Below are positions 25,830 to 39,440 of a DNA stretch of 64,000 bases, in pieces; positions within the stretch are counted from its first letter, which is position 1, and each line of letters opens with the position of its first letter. The notes under the pieces were generated by a model. That model was not told the origin of the DNA. It worked only from the letters and a program-made list of their open reading frames with translations, and did not search any database. The DNA lies in assembly GCA_028534125.1 (NCBI GenBank), contig CM052816.1, positions 73,224,001 through 73,288,000 of the forward strand. The letters are read 5' to 3'. A program made the translations under genes and the position numbers. The DNA is from Lama glama. Taxonomy: Eukaryota.

Positions 25830-26290
25830 TGGGCATCTTTATTTTGTTCTGAACTTCATGCAAATGTTTCTAGTGTTTAGCACTGATCACTTATTCACTT
25901 AATCAAATTTTAAGTTGTTTTTAAAATCAGGAATGGTGAATTTTACCAAATGGTTTTTTTCTTTGGTCATTGAACTTAATTAATATGGTGAATTATGGTA
26001 ATAGATTTTTCAACTATCAAATCATCCTTATATTCTTAAACTCCATTTACTTTCTTTATATTAATATTTAAATACACCACAGGATTATATTTATGGATTT
26101 ATTTAGGATTTTACATTAACATTCATAAGTGATACATCTATATATGTTTTCACTGTGAAAAATTTTGGCAGTTTATACTCAGAAAATTTTTAAAGTATTG
26201 GAGTTTTCTATCCTTTGAAGCTTTAATTGACTTCTCCTGTGTTTAATTGACTTCTCCATCCAGGGCTGCTGTGTTTTTAGAATTAAATAT
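25830..26290 (-). mobile_element. Old L1 (L1ME-like) ORF2 remnant
   Basis: AAAATCAGGAATGGTGAATTTTACCAAATG, TTAATATGGTGAATTA, TATTTAGGATTTTACATTAACATTCATAAGTGA. Confidence 0.7.
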
Positions 26291-26294
26291 TTGG

Positions 26295-26550
26295 AAACCC
26301 CAGCTTCTTCCTCAGGCGGGTGGGAGAACTCTGAGGCATGTTCTGTAGTTTCTTGTAATCCCTAACTGCACAGGGCCTGGTTACTCACAGCAGGAGCCTA
26401 CTCCACAGCGCACATTTACTGACCTCCTCCCCCTCCCTGTCTCTCTTCTCTACATCTGATCTGGAGCTTTCTTGGATCATCTTCTAAGTCAAACTGTTCA
26501 CACTGAAATCTTTGTCTCGGCATCTGAACCTGGGGGAAAACAACCTAGAT
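26295..26550 (+). mobile_element. ERVL LTR16-like fragment
   Basis: GGGAGAACTCTGAGGCATGTTCT ... TTGGATCATCTTCTAAGTCAAACTG...AAATCTTTGTCTCGGCATCTG...GGGGGAAAACAACCTAGA. Confidence 0.7.
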
Positions 26551-26825
26551 GCCCAGCCAGAGAGAAGGACTCTTCCCCAGCGGCACCATAACAAAATTCA
26601 TTAAGCTTGTTACATTAATACTGAGTCTTACTCCTTTCTCCCAGAGTCAGAACAGCAAGAAATCAGGCATTGTGAGATGACAGCCAATGATGAAAAAGAA
26701 ATTCTTTGTAGGAATACTATTTTCAAATTCAACGACATGGATAACTAGCTCACAAATCATTTCGTTCATCATTTCATGATTCATTGTAATTATTGAATAA
26801 CACAGATTTCCAATATTGGCATAAA

Positions 26826-26870
26826 GTATTATAATATATCATATATTATATTACATTATATTATATTATA
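26826..26870. repeat. (TATTA)n low-complexity repeat
   Basis: Directly visible, imperfect. Confidence 0.8.
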
Positions 26871-27998
26871 AAAAAGAACAATTGATGAACACTATGGCTG
26901 TTTTAATTTGCTGTTCTTAATTAACTTACAGAAAATCTGCATTTGCCTACATTTAATCTTCAGAATCTAATGTAATGTTCTAAAGTTTGAAGGGCTTTAT
27001 GGTTTACAACTTGGGATTTACAACTCTCTGTACAAGGTGGGCTTGTTCCAAACAATGAAATTAGATTCCAAAGAAAATCTAATATAACATTAGTATTTAA
27101 AAAGTACTCATATATCTAAAAAAAAGACACATTGAAGAAATACATTATTTAATAATCTGTTATTAATATAATGGAACAAATCTGCTCTTAGAAGATGAGT
27201 TTCTCTTGTGACTTACCATAACGTTAGTTATACTGGAGGACTGCTATTTCACAATACTGACTATAAGACATGAAGGCATTTACAACATAGCCCATCTCTC
27301 TCGGTTATGGCTGGTTAAAGAGGACTCAGAGCAGTACTTGAGTCTTGGGACAACCTCATTCTTCCTGATCATGAAAAGCTCCCTGCTACTAACATTTGGA
27401 CGTCAAGTACATTGCTATTATCTAACAGGGATGATTGTCTAGGAAGGCCGTACAATCCTACTCAAATGGATGTTTGTTTTTAGCAATCTTTTTGGCGCAT
27501 TTTCTATGCGAAGTCATTTACTTTTTTCATGATCACTTAACACTTTTTGATGTCACATTATTGGTTACATCTCCTCCACTCTGTTTCACACCTCTTAAGG
27601 CTGCCCGTGGATTTTGAAGATTGACTTAATCTGAAAACTCATATAAAGAATGCCCCTGTGAGCATATGTTTTTATTTATCTGGACTCAATTAATGTCTGT
27701 TCTCTTCAAATTTATAATTTCACTCTCATAAGATAACCAGAGACAATTTTACAGGAAAAATAGTTTAATTCATTTTATTCATGTTCTTTAAAAAGAAAAA
27801 CTACATCTATAAGAGGAAACATATTTTGGATGGGTCCTTGAAAACTGCTATTTTTATTTACAGATTTTTCCTTTTGAAATTTGACTCATTATTTGCAAAG
27901 TACAATTCTGTACAAAAAACACTTTTAGCAAAGTATTGATATAATCTATTGTTGATAGGCTTATTTTTCTTCCTTTGGCCTTTAAAAATATCACCTAA

Positions 27999-28790
27999 CT
28001 ATGATAAAAAAAAAAGAGCACAAATAACAAATGTTGGTGAGGGCGTGAAGAAAAGGAAACCCTCCTACACTATTGGTGGGGATGAAAATTGGTACAACTA
28101 CTGTAGAAAACAGTATGGAGGTTTCTCTAAAAACTAAAAATAGAACTACCTGTGAACCAGCAATTCCACTCCTGGGTATATATCTTAAAAAACCCACAAA
28201 CAATCATTCAAAAAGATACATGCACCCCAATGTTCATAGCAGCATTATTTACAATTGTCAAGATATGGAAGCAACATAAGTGTCCATCAACAGATGAATG
28301 AATAAAGAAGAGGTGGTATATATATACAATAGAATACTACTCAGTCATAAAAATGAATGAAATTTTGCCATCTGCAGCAACATGGATAGACTTGGACAAT
28401 ATTATGCTAAGTGAAATAAGTCAGACAGAGAGACAAATACTGTATGTTATCACTTATTATGGAATCTAAAAAATACAACAAACTAATGAATATAACAAAA
28501 AAGAAATAGGCTCACAGATATAGAGAACAAACTAGTGGTTACCAGTGGGGAGAGGGAAGCGGAGAGGGGGAGTATCGGGGTAGGGAATTAAGAGGTACAA
28601 ATTATTATTTATAAAATAAGCTATAAGGGTATACTGTACAACACAGGGAATACAGCCAATATTTTATAATAAGTATAAGTGGAATATAACTTTTAAAAAT
28701 TGTGACTCACTATATTGTATACCTGTAACTTATATAACCTTGTACGTCAATAACTAGACTTCAGTAAAACTGTACTTCAATAAAAATGAC
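27999..28790 (+). mobile_element. L1 3' end (ORF2 C-terminus plus 3' UTR), 5'-truncated
   Basis: Peptides [10 protein letters not shown] and TNVGEGVKKRKPSYTIGG; ATTATGCTAAGTGAAATAAGTCAGACAGAG; AATAAA near 28780; 14-bp TSD at 27985-27998 and 28791-28804. Confidence 0.96.
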
Positions 28791-29504
28791 AAAATATTGC
28801 CTAAATCAGTGAAAGCCTGCTGAAAAAAATTTAAAGATTGGTAACTACATTCTCTACTTTATGATTTTTAAATAAATTGTGTTCTATTATAAAAACCCAC
28901 TGTAGCATTTAATGTATTTTTTTTTCCTTTAGATAATGTTCTAAGAAAAGTAAGTTTCTAGAGAAAAGTTTTAAATGTGGTGGTAAATATAAAGCACTAT
29001 TTTCTAAGTTCAGAGATTTGGTTATTACTACACAAAATGGTGACATAAGTGCAATTTGTCAGGAATACTTACATACCATTTACTTATTCTTTTGAAGGTG
29101 GGAGGGTGGGGACCCTGTCTGCTGTCTCAGAGCCTTGGATATAGTACAAACCCCAGCCTCAACCTGGACTAGGAAGCTGCCCTAACCAAAATAGGATGGG
29201 GATGCCAATGGTACATTGCACAAATGAGGCAACTCAGACACAAAAAGGACAAGATACTTGCTCAGTTTCCAGAGGGACCAAGTTAGAAAACGGTACATGT
29301 CTGCTATTAACATTCAATCCATGGGTCAGGTTGCAATTCTAATAATAAATATACTGTTACCTTCAGGAAGTCACAAAAGTTATTCTTGACCTACTATGAG
29401 TCAAGAAGTTAATTGTTGTATTTTTTCATTAATTATAATACGAAAACATATTTAACTTTGTAAGGCCCTACTGAAAAATGACTTCTTTAAAATTTAGCTT
29501 ATAA

Positions 29505-29772
29505 ACATTTTCCTCAAGCAAGCTTCCACACTGTCTCCTCTCAACCCAGTCCAGTTTAAGTGCCCTTCCCAAGGCTTCCACAGTTCCCTTTTTCCATCAT
29601 GGTACTTTTTCTACTTTGATTGCCTTATGTCTTGCCTGTCTCCTCCAGTGAACACTAAGCTCTTTGAATACAGATCTCATGTGCATGCATCTCTATGCGC
29701 TGAAATCATATTATTGCCTAGAAAAAAATAGGTGCCCAGTCAGTGCTTATTCTCTAACTGAATGAGTGAATG
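29505..29772 (+). mobile_element. L2 3' end
   Basis: TGTCTCCTCCAGTGAACACTAAGCTCTTTGA...TAGGTGCCCAGT...TGAATGAGTGAATG. Confidence 0.7.
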
Positions 29773-32700
29773 GCCATTCATGGTTCCAAGACCCTATTAC
29801 TATTGTCTGCCTAGAAGACCTGCTCACAGCTTGCTCTAAAGTAATCAAGATTTTAGCTGATATATGTTGCTATACTTTTCCTGTTAATGATATTTGCATT
29901 TTCTTTGGGGACACATCAGAGTCCATAAAAAAATTCTGGTAATGAACTTTCCAGCAATTGTAACAGACAATCAGGGATGTATTATTTTTTTTTATACAGA
30001 GAGACTCTCTATAACATCACACAGGCAACCCACATCACCACTTCATAAAGCTAGCCCCACCTTGATGTTGCATAGAGATGTACAGATATGTATGTTTGCA
30101 GGGAGATCCAATGGGTCTGATGAATGCTAAGATACATGAAACCATTCTGCTGTAATTGAACCTGGCTAGATTAAACTTCCTTTTGGCTTGCTTTGCAATG
30201 CCTCTGGTATGAAATGAAGTGAAAGAGAGAAGTAGTACAGTGGTTAGTTGCAACCTTAGTAAGCACGTGTCTAAGGGTTGCTGAGCCACCCAGTTTTGCT
30301 ATTTCAGTTCTCACCTGGTAATGATTCCAAATGTATGACAGTTGAAAAAGACATAAATCATTAGTTCCCAGTTAGAACAGCAATTCTAAACCAAGCAATG
30401 TGTTTGGCATTTTCAGAAAGTCTTTATTGGAATGATCAAGGGGTTGAAAGGCTAGAGTTAGGTATAATGATCATTTTATTTAAACGGGAGAAGGTCATGA
30501 TGAAAGTTGCTTTTTATCAGTAATTAGAGTTCTATAGCAGCAACATGTCCTAATTATGATATTTAGACCATTAGCAAACGAACAATGTTATTTAGATTCT
30601 GCTACGGAAAATTACCGCAGGCCATGTGGCATCTTATGAAGTGATTGAGTATAAAGCTATTTGTGGTCTACATCACATGCGCTTACCCAACCCGTCCTAT
30701 ATACACACTCCATCTGGACTCACTTATTAAGGGCACTTTAGTGTTCAACACAGAACTTGAAAAGTGGCACCTCAATGGGCTTGGAGATGAAAATGAACAT
30801 CTCCGTATCTTATTAAATTTTGAAAAGCATGGAAAACATCATGAATGGTGAGATACAGTGAAACTCTGATATTTGATGAGCAATAAACATTTATGAATGA
30901 CCACAATCCCCTTTGAATTATTCTTTCAGAAACATGGGCAATGAAATCAGAAGGATCCAGAATCAGAAATGAGAAAACATCTAGTGGTTACTTCAAACTT
31001 ATTTGACCTAGCATACATTTTAGGGTAACATATCAGACATATTCACTCATCATTCACTTTCAGAGTGTCATGAACTATATACCAGCCACTTAGGATAGGA
31101 AGAATTCTGCCCTATAGATGCTTTGGCTTAGACGAGTCTGAAATGTAAAACAAAAATTTCTACCCAGCAGAGCATGATGACTGATTGTTGATACAGTTAC
31201 CTGGACTATTTTGCATTTTATGAGAGTGAGAAAGAGTAACATTGATTTGATGTTCCCACAAACACAGCTGGCTGTTTATCATGAAGGGAATTTCCCTGGT
31301 CTGACTTGGATTGTTAGCCCAACAAGGCTTGCCAAGGGCCGCCAACCTCTTGTTAACCCTCCCAAGGGCAGCTCAATCACTTTGGTCACAGGACAATAGT
31401 ACTTCAGAGTTTAAGAGCTCTTTTGTTTCACAAAATGTTGCCAATTATTCAATCTAAGGTTTCATTTGCTTAATGACTTCCTCGTTTTACCATCTAATGA
31501 GTTTCCTCATTCCTTATTCTTTTTGTTTTTATTTCTTTTAGTTATTCTTTGGTCTAGCTATGGTTAATTTAATCTTTCTTCCTGAATCAATGCCTTTAAC
31601 CCTTGAAGGCACAAGGCCAAAGGCCAAATGACTTTAACTGCCAATGTATGAAAAGTCTCAAAGCTTCATGAGGTGGGTGTCATTACCGGGGGCACATAAA
31701 TGGTGGGGGGATGTCTATACTGTCAGTCATGGTAAGTATCAACTCTGAGCTGCAATCATTCAAAATGAAGCCCTTTTATTGCGGGTAGTAGAACTTTAAG
31801 GTCTTCCTTTTCTTGTTTATTTAGGCATTTTGTCCCATTAATTGGGTAGGAGGGATTGAAGAGTTTATGGGAACAAGTGCAATAAGCACAAAGGGGAATT
31901 AACCAACCCTGGGTGACGTGTGGCCGTTTGGAGCTGCCAGAGGGAATGTATTTTGTGGAAAATACTCAAACACATTTCTGTACAATGTTTAAGAAAATTT
32001 GTGCATCATTTAACAGAAATTTAAAAATTTTACTAAGCCAATTACTTCCTAATTTGCAGTATGACAAATGTGTATAGCAATGGAAGAAATCTTAAGAGAC
32101 TTTAAACATACCACTATGTCCCCATTGCTCCTTTGTCAAATCTGTGAATTTCTTTTGGTCAAAATCAACACCAGATGCATAAACGTAATAAATACTAATT
32201 AAATACAACAATTTTTATTTATACTCACCATAATTTTCTTATTTTAATTATTTGTGGGTTTTGTGTTCCATGAATTCTAATCTTACTTTATCAGCCTTCT
32301 TTCCTTTAAGTTTTAATTTTAAGCTTCCTTCTCATTTCTTTCCAATGTCTTCAGGTTTTCCTGTTGAAATTTAGACTTTAAATTCTTTTTGTCACTCATT
32401 CAATTTTGTCTTTGCTCTGTTTTGGACTTTTTTTTTTTTTTTACTACTTTTTGCCAGTGTTTACTGCCTTTGCAAGTAAGCTTACAGTAATTTTCATTTT
32501 AAACAGCTTAAATTTTTCTACAAAATTATTTGAGTTCTGTTTTAAAATTTTTGCCTCATAAAATGATTTTTACAGAAGTTAAAGATTGAAAATGTGTGGT
32601 ATTAGGATATTGTATTATTTTCCACACAATGAACACACAATAATTTTGAAAATCCTAGGTCTTATCTTTAAGACAATTTTTAAAGTCAATGTTTCATTAG

Positions 32701-35539
32701 TTGGGAAGTAATTTTCATTACTTTATGCCAGTGATTCTCATATTTTATATTGTATCTGGCGTACAGCCCATTTAATAAATAAGTTACTTTCTGTTATCTG
32801 ATATGCTTTGGGTTCTAGGAAATCCTTTTGCATAACAAAAGAGAGCATAACATTTGGATAAAATTATCAGGGAACTAAAGTGGATCTTCTCCCCACTCTT
32901 GAGGGTCAGTTATCTATCTTTTAGGTTAATAATCAATTTCCGAGTATTCAAAGGCATTTGTTGGTCCCTTTAATATAGCCAAATAAACATCTACCAGCAA
33001 GTGCAAGAAAAACCTTTCAATCATTCTATTAGGTTAAATCACTTTAGATATTTAGGATTAGTATTCATGGAAAATACCAGGTATAATGTTTCTAAATATA
33101 GACTCAGGCAAATTGTTATTAATGACTATTTCTAAGCATTGTAGGTTGGACAGAGCTATCACTCATCTGATGCTTTCAGATGTCTTAACAATTGATCGGA
33201 AACATCATATATTCCATTTGGTGGTAGCAGCCATCAGAATAGCCAAAATTACTACACAGGCATGCCAGGTCCAGTCTGGGGGTACCATATAAACATGATC
33301 ATCATTAGCAAATATGGGCCAGATGTTCATCCCCTAAGAATCTATGGAAATAATTACTTATGTTATGGTTTATAGTCAGTCTTGACATGAAAAAAACAAA
33401 CTTAATTTAGCATAGAAGAAAGTACAAAATTTCAAATGATCCTACTGTACCTCTGGAAAAAAGAAACTGTGTGAGATTTTCTTAAGTAGAGTTGATATTT
33501 TTGGATATTGATGCCTATTAAGCTGCTTAACAAGTATAATCTTTCCATCTGTTCCTAACTCTGATTCCCTTACTGTGCTGTCTGATCTACTTTATTAGAG
33601 TCAGAATTAATTTAAAAGTGAGAACTCTTTTCTAATTCTGATATACCTCTCTTCTTTCTGTTACTCTAATTTCATCTAACTTTTCAAAGGGAGACAAGCT
33701 AATATTTATTTCTTAACTAGTCTCCGTTGTTTTAAAAAGTTACTAGTTTTTGCCTACATAACTATATTCTATTACATCAATTGGCTTCCAGACAGAACTT
33801 CATTAATAGCCCTGTAGGACATGTTATTCGTCATATTTTGGGCTATTTTGTTTTCTTCTCCTTGAGATGAAGGCCAGAGAAAGTAGTCACTTTTAAAAAT
33901 CTTATTTCTGGACACAGCTGACTCTTTACCTTACATTGAAGTAGAAATAAAAATTCAGTACTATAGGTTAGAATATGGATGCAAAAGTAAAAGAATACAG
34001 AAACTTCTACAGAGAGAGAGAGATTTTTAAACATGGTGCTTGAGTATCAGACTATAGTGAAATAATATGTGTTACAGTGAGGCATTTCATTGAGTCATGA
34101 CTGTATCACCATAGACTATTACTCTGGGGAATTATATTAGTTAAAAATTTACTGGAAGGGCATTCACTAGGTAGTTTTTCAGACCTCCCAATTCCATGTG
34201 TTAATCTTTCATTAGCATATTTGAAGCAAAGGTTTTCAATGACGTGGATGTGGATTGTTTATGCAACTGCAATGAAAAGAATTATGAGACTCATTTTGAG
34301 AGTTTACACTTTCACAGTCATGTCATGACGTGTTCATCATAACTGATCCAGTAGTGCTGTCTCTCACAGTCTTAAAATGTATTCCTCTTTTAGAGTCCAT
34401 GTATGTAAAGGCATATCTGAAGGCTGCCAAGCAGGCAGGATTGGCTAGGCATTAGAATTCCATCTCTTCATTTGAAGGCATTTTGAAATGAGCTAAATAT
34501 TATCTATGAAGTGTGCAGGTTCTGATAAGGGTGGTTGTCAAAACTGGTATGAGCACACCCCTCATATAATGTCAAATTTTAGATCTGGTAGCTAATGAAT
34601 CAAAATGTTTTATTTTTCTTAAGCAGTTTTAGTCTAAAATTAAATAAAAAGTTCTCCAGTGACAATATAGTAATTGCCTTTCCCATTCTAATAATACAAT
34701 GTTTAAATGCATTTTAAACTAAGCATTTTCTATTTAAAATATTATTAAAATATTTCTATTAAAATATTTAAAATATGCTTTGTCATTTTTAGCCTAATCA
34801 ATTAACTATTTACTAATGTATACTATGCAAAGAGCATGTTACCGAATTCTCCCTGAGCTTGTTCTATTTATGTATATCAAGAGACAAAATTTCTATTCAG
34901 TTGTAGCTAAAAATTAGCTACAAGTCTTAGGACCACTGAAACTAGTCATAACTGGGTATTTTGGAGAAGGTTAATTGACAGACTAAACATTAACATGGCC
35001 ACAAACTCGAATTTTTTCTTTAACCCTTATTAGGATAATGGTATCAGATGTACTTGGATTTCTCCTATGGATTTCTTTTGTGAATTTAAAGTTCTTAATA
35101 AACAAAGTACCAACACTCTTTTCTTTGGATCTCTTCTCAACTCCTGATGTCCCAAAGAAGTGCTGTTTAGTTTTCTGAGCTTACATTTATTTCTGTCTGA
35201 ATTACACTTTTGATACTTAGTCACTTCCTATGTTTTAATATGATTCTCAGCTAACTTCATGTACGTAACTCCTGCTAATGTCCTCTCATACGCTACTCGG
35301 AGTACCCTTTATTGGGTATTTCTTTCACATCTTCCTTGCTTTCTTTTTGTAGCATCTAGTAAACTAGAGGGCATGTAATATTATACAAAACTACTGTTTA
35401 AATTGAGATAAAATTTTCATTAACATGTTAATGGATTCTTATAAACCAGTGACTTTACATATATACATATATATGTATATGTACACACATACATGTAAGG
35501 TTTTCTGAGTGAAATAATTAACTGATCATAAAAGAATGT

Positions 35540-36275
35540 GAAAAAGCATATAAATCCAGGACACTGGCAACACCACCAAATGCTGGTCAATGTGTGGAGC
35601 AACAGGAACTCTCACCCATTGCCCGTAGGAATGCAAAATGGTAAACCCACTTTGGAAGACAGTTTAGTGGTTTCTTATGAAACGAAACCTACTCTTACCA
35701 TATGATCCAGCAATGCTCCTTGGTATTTACCCAAAGGAACTGAAAACATGCCCACACAAAAACCAGCACACAGATATTTACAGCAGCTTTACTCAGAAGT
35801 GCCCAAACTTGGAAGCAACCAAGATATCCTTCAGCAGGTGGTACATCCAGACAATGGAATGCTATTTAGCACTAAAAAGAAATGAGCTATCAAACTATGA
35901 AAACACATGGAGGAAACTTAGATGCATATTACTAAGTAAAAGTAATATGTAAAAGATGCTGATCTGAAAAGGCTATATACTGTACGATTTTGACTGTTAC
36001 ACTCTGGAAATGGCAAAACTATGAAGACATTAAAAAAAAGTCAGTGGTTGGCAGGGGTGAGAAGGAGAGAGATGGAAGAGGTAGAGCACAGAGGATTTTT
36101 AGGGCAGTGAAAATACTCTGTGTGATGGGTATAAAATAAAAGACATATAAAATATGTCTTTATACATTTGCTAAAAATCCATGGACTGTATACAAAGAAT
36201 GAACCTTAAGGTAAACTATGAACTTTGGATGATTATCATGTGTCAATGTAGGTTCATCGTTGGTAAAAAATGATG
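35540..36275 (+). mobile_element. L1MC-type 3' fragment
   Basis: Peptide LLLPYDPAMLLGIYPKELKT; GAACCTTAAGGTAAACTATGAACTTTGG...TGTCAATGTAGGTTCATCG. Confidence 0.92.
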
Positions 36276-36319
36276 TTTTAAACTCTGTTTTTGGCTGCTT
36301 GGAATAAAAGTCTGACTCT

Positions 36320-36712
36320 TCCACCCTGCTGTAAATCCTCTGAGCTCTGCAACAAACAGTAGAGATGCTCACAAACATTTTCACTCTTTCCCTTTGAGCA
36401 CACAGTAGGATTGCTCTGTCTCATTTGCTCTGAATATGTGTTTTGGCCAAAATAATTTGACCAGAAGTGATGTGGCAGGAGTTTTAAAGCCAATGTGCAG
36501 TTTGGCATATTTCCTTCCCACTGTTGCAGTGATTTTGAAAGCATATGTCAAAATAATGACTCCATTAGTCCAATTCTTTGAGAAGATGTGATGAAAGAAA
36601 CCAGCATTAGATATGCAACATGAGCAAGTAGTAAGTCTTTTTCTCTATAGAAGCAACGAAGCTTCTGGAGGTTATATATTTTTTCACAACAATATAACCT
36701 GCCATGACACAT
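36320..36712 (+). mobile_element. Old MaLR LTR (MLT1H/I/J-like)
   Basis: TTTTGGCCAA...GACCAGAAGTGATGTG...AGTTTTAAAGCCAATGTGCAGTT...ATATGCAACATGAGCAAG. Confidence 0.6.
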
Positions 36713-37049
36713 TGTCATATAGTTATTGAATATCTTTTTATCAACTTGTGTCCTGTTTAATTATTTAGAGTTTGTTTAATTACTAAGTGTTTCTTACAAC
36801 CTGACTTCTAACGAGAGACTTCAGACTAGGTGAAGCTTTGGAGGGGCAAAGTGGATGCAGTCATAGGAGGGTATGAAGGCGCTGGAGAGCGCAGGGTTTC
36901 CGGGGTGTGGGAGGGGGATGCTTGCTTCTAATTGCATGCATGGCTTAAAGGAAAAAAAAAGATTGAAAAAAGTCTCAAAATCTTGATTTCACTCCAAATA
37001 CCAGGATTTTTATACAAGCATACTAAAAGTTTATCTTTTGTTTGGCGTC

Positions 37050-39440
37050 CTCAGGCTGCAACTGTCAAACTCAAACTTAAAATTGGATTACACAGGTTGA
37101 CAGATTACCATGCTAATTGAATTCACCAGGCCTTTGATTGGGAGAGAACTGGGGTTCTGAAGACTGGAATGGGCATCTCCAGGAGGAAAACATGGAACTG
37201 GTCCCTGTTCTCGGTAGATAGGGCTTACTGGAGAGCACCGACTTCCCTGATGGAAGGACCATGGTGGGTTCTCACGTCCCTCAACCTTGTCCTCAGACCT
37301 ATAATCAGAACCAGAGTCAAGAATATTTGGACAGGGAGACCATAAACAAAGTTTTGGGCAGGGAAACTTTACAAGATTTTGATAATTTATATGGATATAA
37401 ATGTGGAGAAAATGTGTGAGAATGGAAAATTCTAGAACTAAGAGGGAGAGGCATAATTTTAGAATGGGTTAAATCAATCAATATACATTCAATTACCAGG
37501 CTGGTCTTTGGTTCACTGTTTAGTTTGAACAGTTGGTTGTGATTCTCTTTTTTTCTTCCTCGGTTTGGTTAACATTACACTGAACTCAAACTCTTCAGGA
37601 TAACGTAGAGGAAAGTATGTAAAGGCTCACAGATCAGCTAATGCTAAAGAGGATGGAACGCATTGAACTGCTCAACTCTTCCCTAACTATGTTTACTACT
37701 CCAAGGCTTTGAGAAACATTCCAGGCAGTGGAGTTCCTAAAAGGTACTGCAGGGGGCTGCACTCTGGGAGGAAAGTAATGATTGTGCAAGATACTGTAGT
37801 CAGAAGGGCTCCCTGACTTCCACGTGATACTGGATCCCAGGATGTCAGAAGGTATGAAGTGGTACACAATTTGATTAATCAGGTCCTACTGACTATACAA
37901 AGAAACAATATAAACAAAGGGATCCGAATACTGTGATCCATAAGGCATTTTTGGTAGCATATTGATCGTAGGGTCCCCAATATGAACACAGAACTTCATA
38001 AACTCTCGACCTTGTGAGTGGAGGACTTACTTAAGCCACTACAATTTTTAATATGTCCTCACCCAGTTTTAGAGCTGGGTCAATTCAACTACCTCGTGGT
38101 CCTTCAACCAAGAGAGGGATAGATAATTTTGTTTGGAATTTGTTATAAGTATTTATTTCAATTCTTCCTCTTAATGTTTTCCCAAAGGGATTTGTGTCTA
38201 TCAGAATAACTGCATCTTTGTGAAAGACAAGGATTCACAAATTACAGGAGTTTTTTGAACACTTGGCTCAAGGTAGATCATGGAAACCAGAACATCACTG
38301 TACCTGCTTTAAAGGGGCTTATGGGAGTCAGGACCCATGTCCATCTTATGTTAGGCTCAATGAAGCCCCAAGCCGAACTTACGTTCTATTCCCTAGTTTC
38401 CAAATGGAATTAATATTCTAAGCAAATGACAGACAGAATTCCCACCTTTACTCACAGAATAAGGATTATCATGATAGAAAATTCTAAAGGGAAGCCCCAG
38501 AATCTCCCCACCCCATATCAAAAGAGTAAAACAAAACCAATACTGAGGCTCAGAGAGAATAGTAGAGATTGATCCTGGTCTCAAAGACTTGAAAGATTAA
38601 GAGGTGGTGATTTTTGTTATGGCCACATTGACCTTCCCTGTTTTACTGGTACCAAAACTAGCAGCTGGATTATCTTTAGTTTAAGCAGTGATCTGATTGC
38701 AGCTGCTGTTCCAGATGTAGTTTCTTTCTTGGGTGCCACCAATACAAACCTAGCAACTAGTGTAATCGGGAAGCTTTATAGGTAAATATAATTTTTACTT
38801 GTCATGGACAGAATTACATCTTAAATGCCTTGCCAAAGACACACACAATCCCCAATTATAGACCACAATTTAATGTGCATGGAATTTAATCTTCTGATTA
38901 CCCCTTGGAATATCATGTTGAACTTCTGCCTTCACGAGCTCACACTGAATAGTACCAGGGAAGTAGAAGCTTGCTGGTGTTTTACTAGAAGATGGTAGGT
39001 AAATGCAGGAAAATACACAGTCCTGCCACCTTGGTGAAGTTAATAGGAACCCACGGATCTGTAATATGTGGAGATATGTGCTTCCTACAAAATGGCAGGA
39101 CGATAGCTGAACTTTTGAATTCCCTCCCACTAAGTAGGGATATAGTATATGGTGAGCCTTTCTGGATTTAGAGGCAACAAACAAATCTGTTTACTGTAAT
39201 ATCCAAAAGGCTAGCAGCTTTGAGTGGGGGGCCAAAGAAAAGAAACCCTGCTGTGTGGCCCCACTGAATCCAGTGACTTATGAAATTTTTGTGGGATGCT
39301 TTCTGGAGCCAGCAGCAAGCCCTGATAAGGGAACTGCAGTGGAGAACCCCTAATGGATATATGCTCTAGCGTCTGCCAAAGATGCCACCAAGATGAATCT
39401 GAAGTTAATGACACTCTTAAACAGGAATAGAACAGAATTC
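37050..39440 (+). mobile_element. Degraded ERV-L internal region (gag-protease-RT remnant)
   Basis: Ordered decayed motifs: gag (PLIGRE..EDWNG about 37130-37175; NLY..K.GE.V*EW about 37385), protease (GAYGSQ about 38315), RT LKDLKD about 38580, IAAAVPDVVSFL 38696-38731, FTCHGQNYILNALPK 38794-38838, KIHSPATLVKLIG about 39010-39050, SFEWG about 39215; no intact ORF. Confidence 0.88.

Noticed and set aside
34725..34780. AT-rich quasi-palindromic repeats (TTAAAATATT)
   Set aside because: Low-complexity slippage sequence
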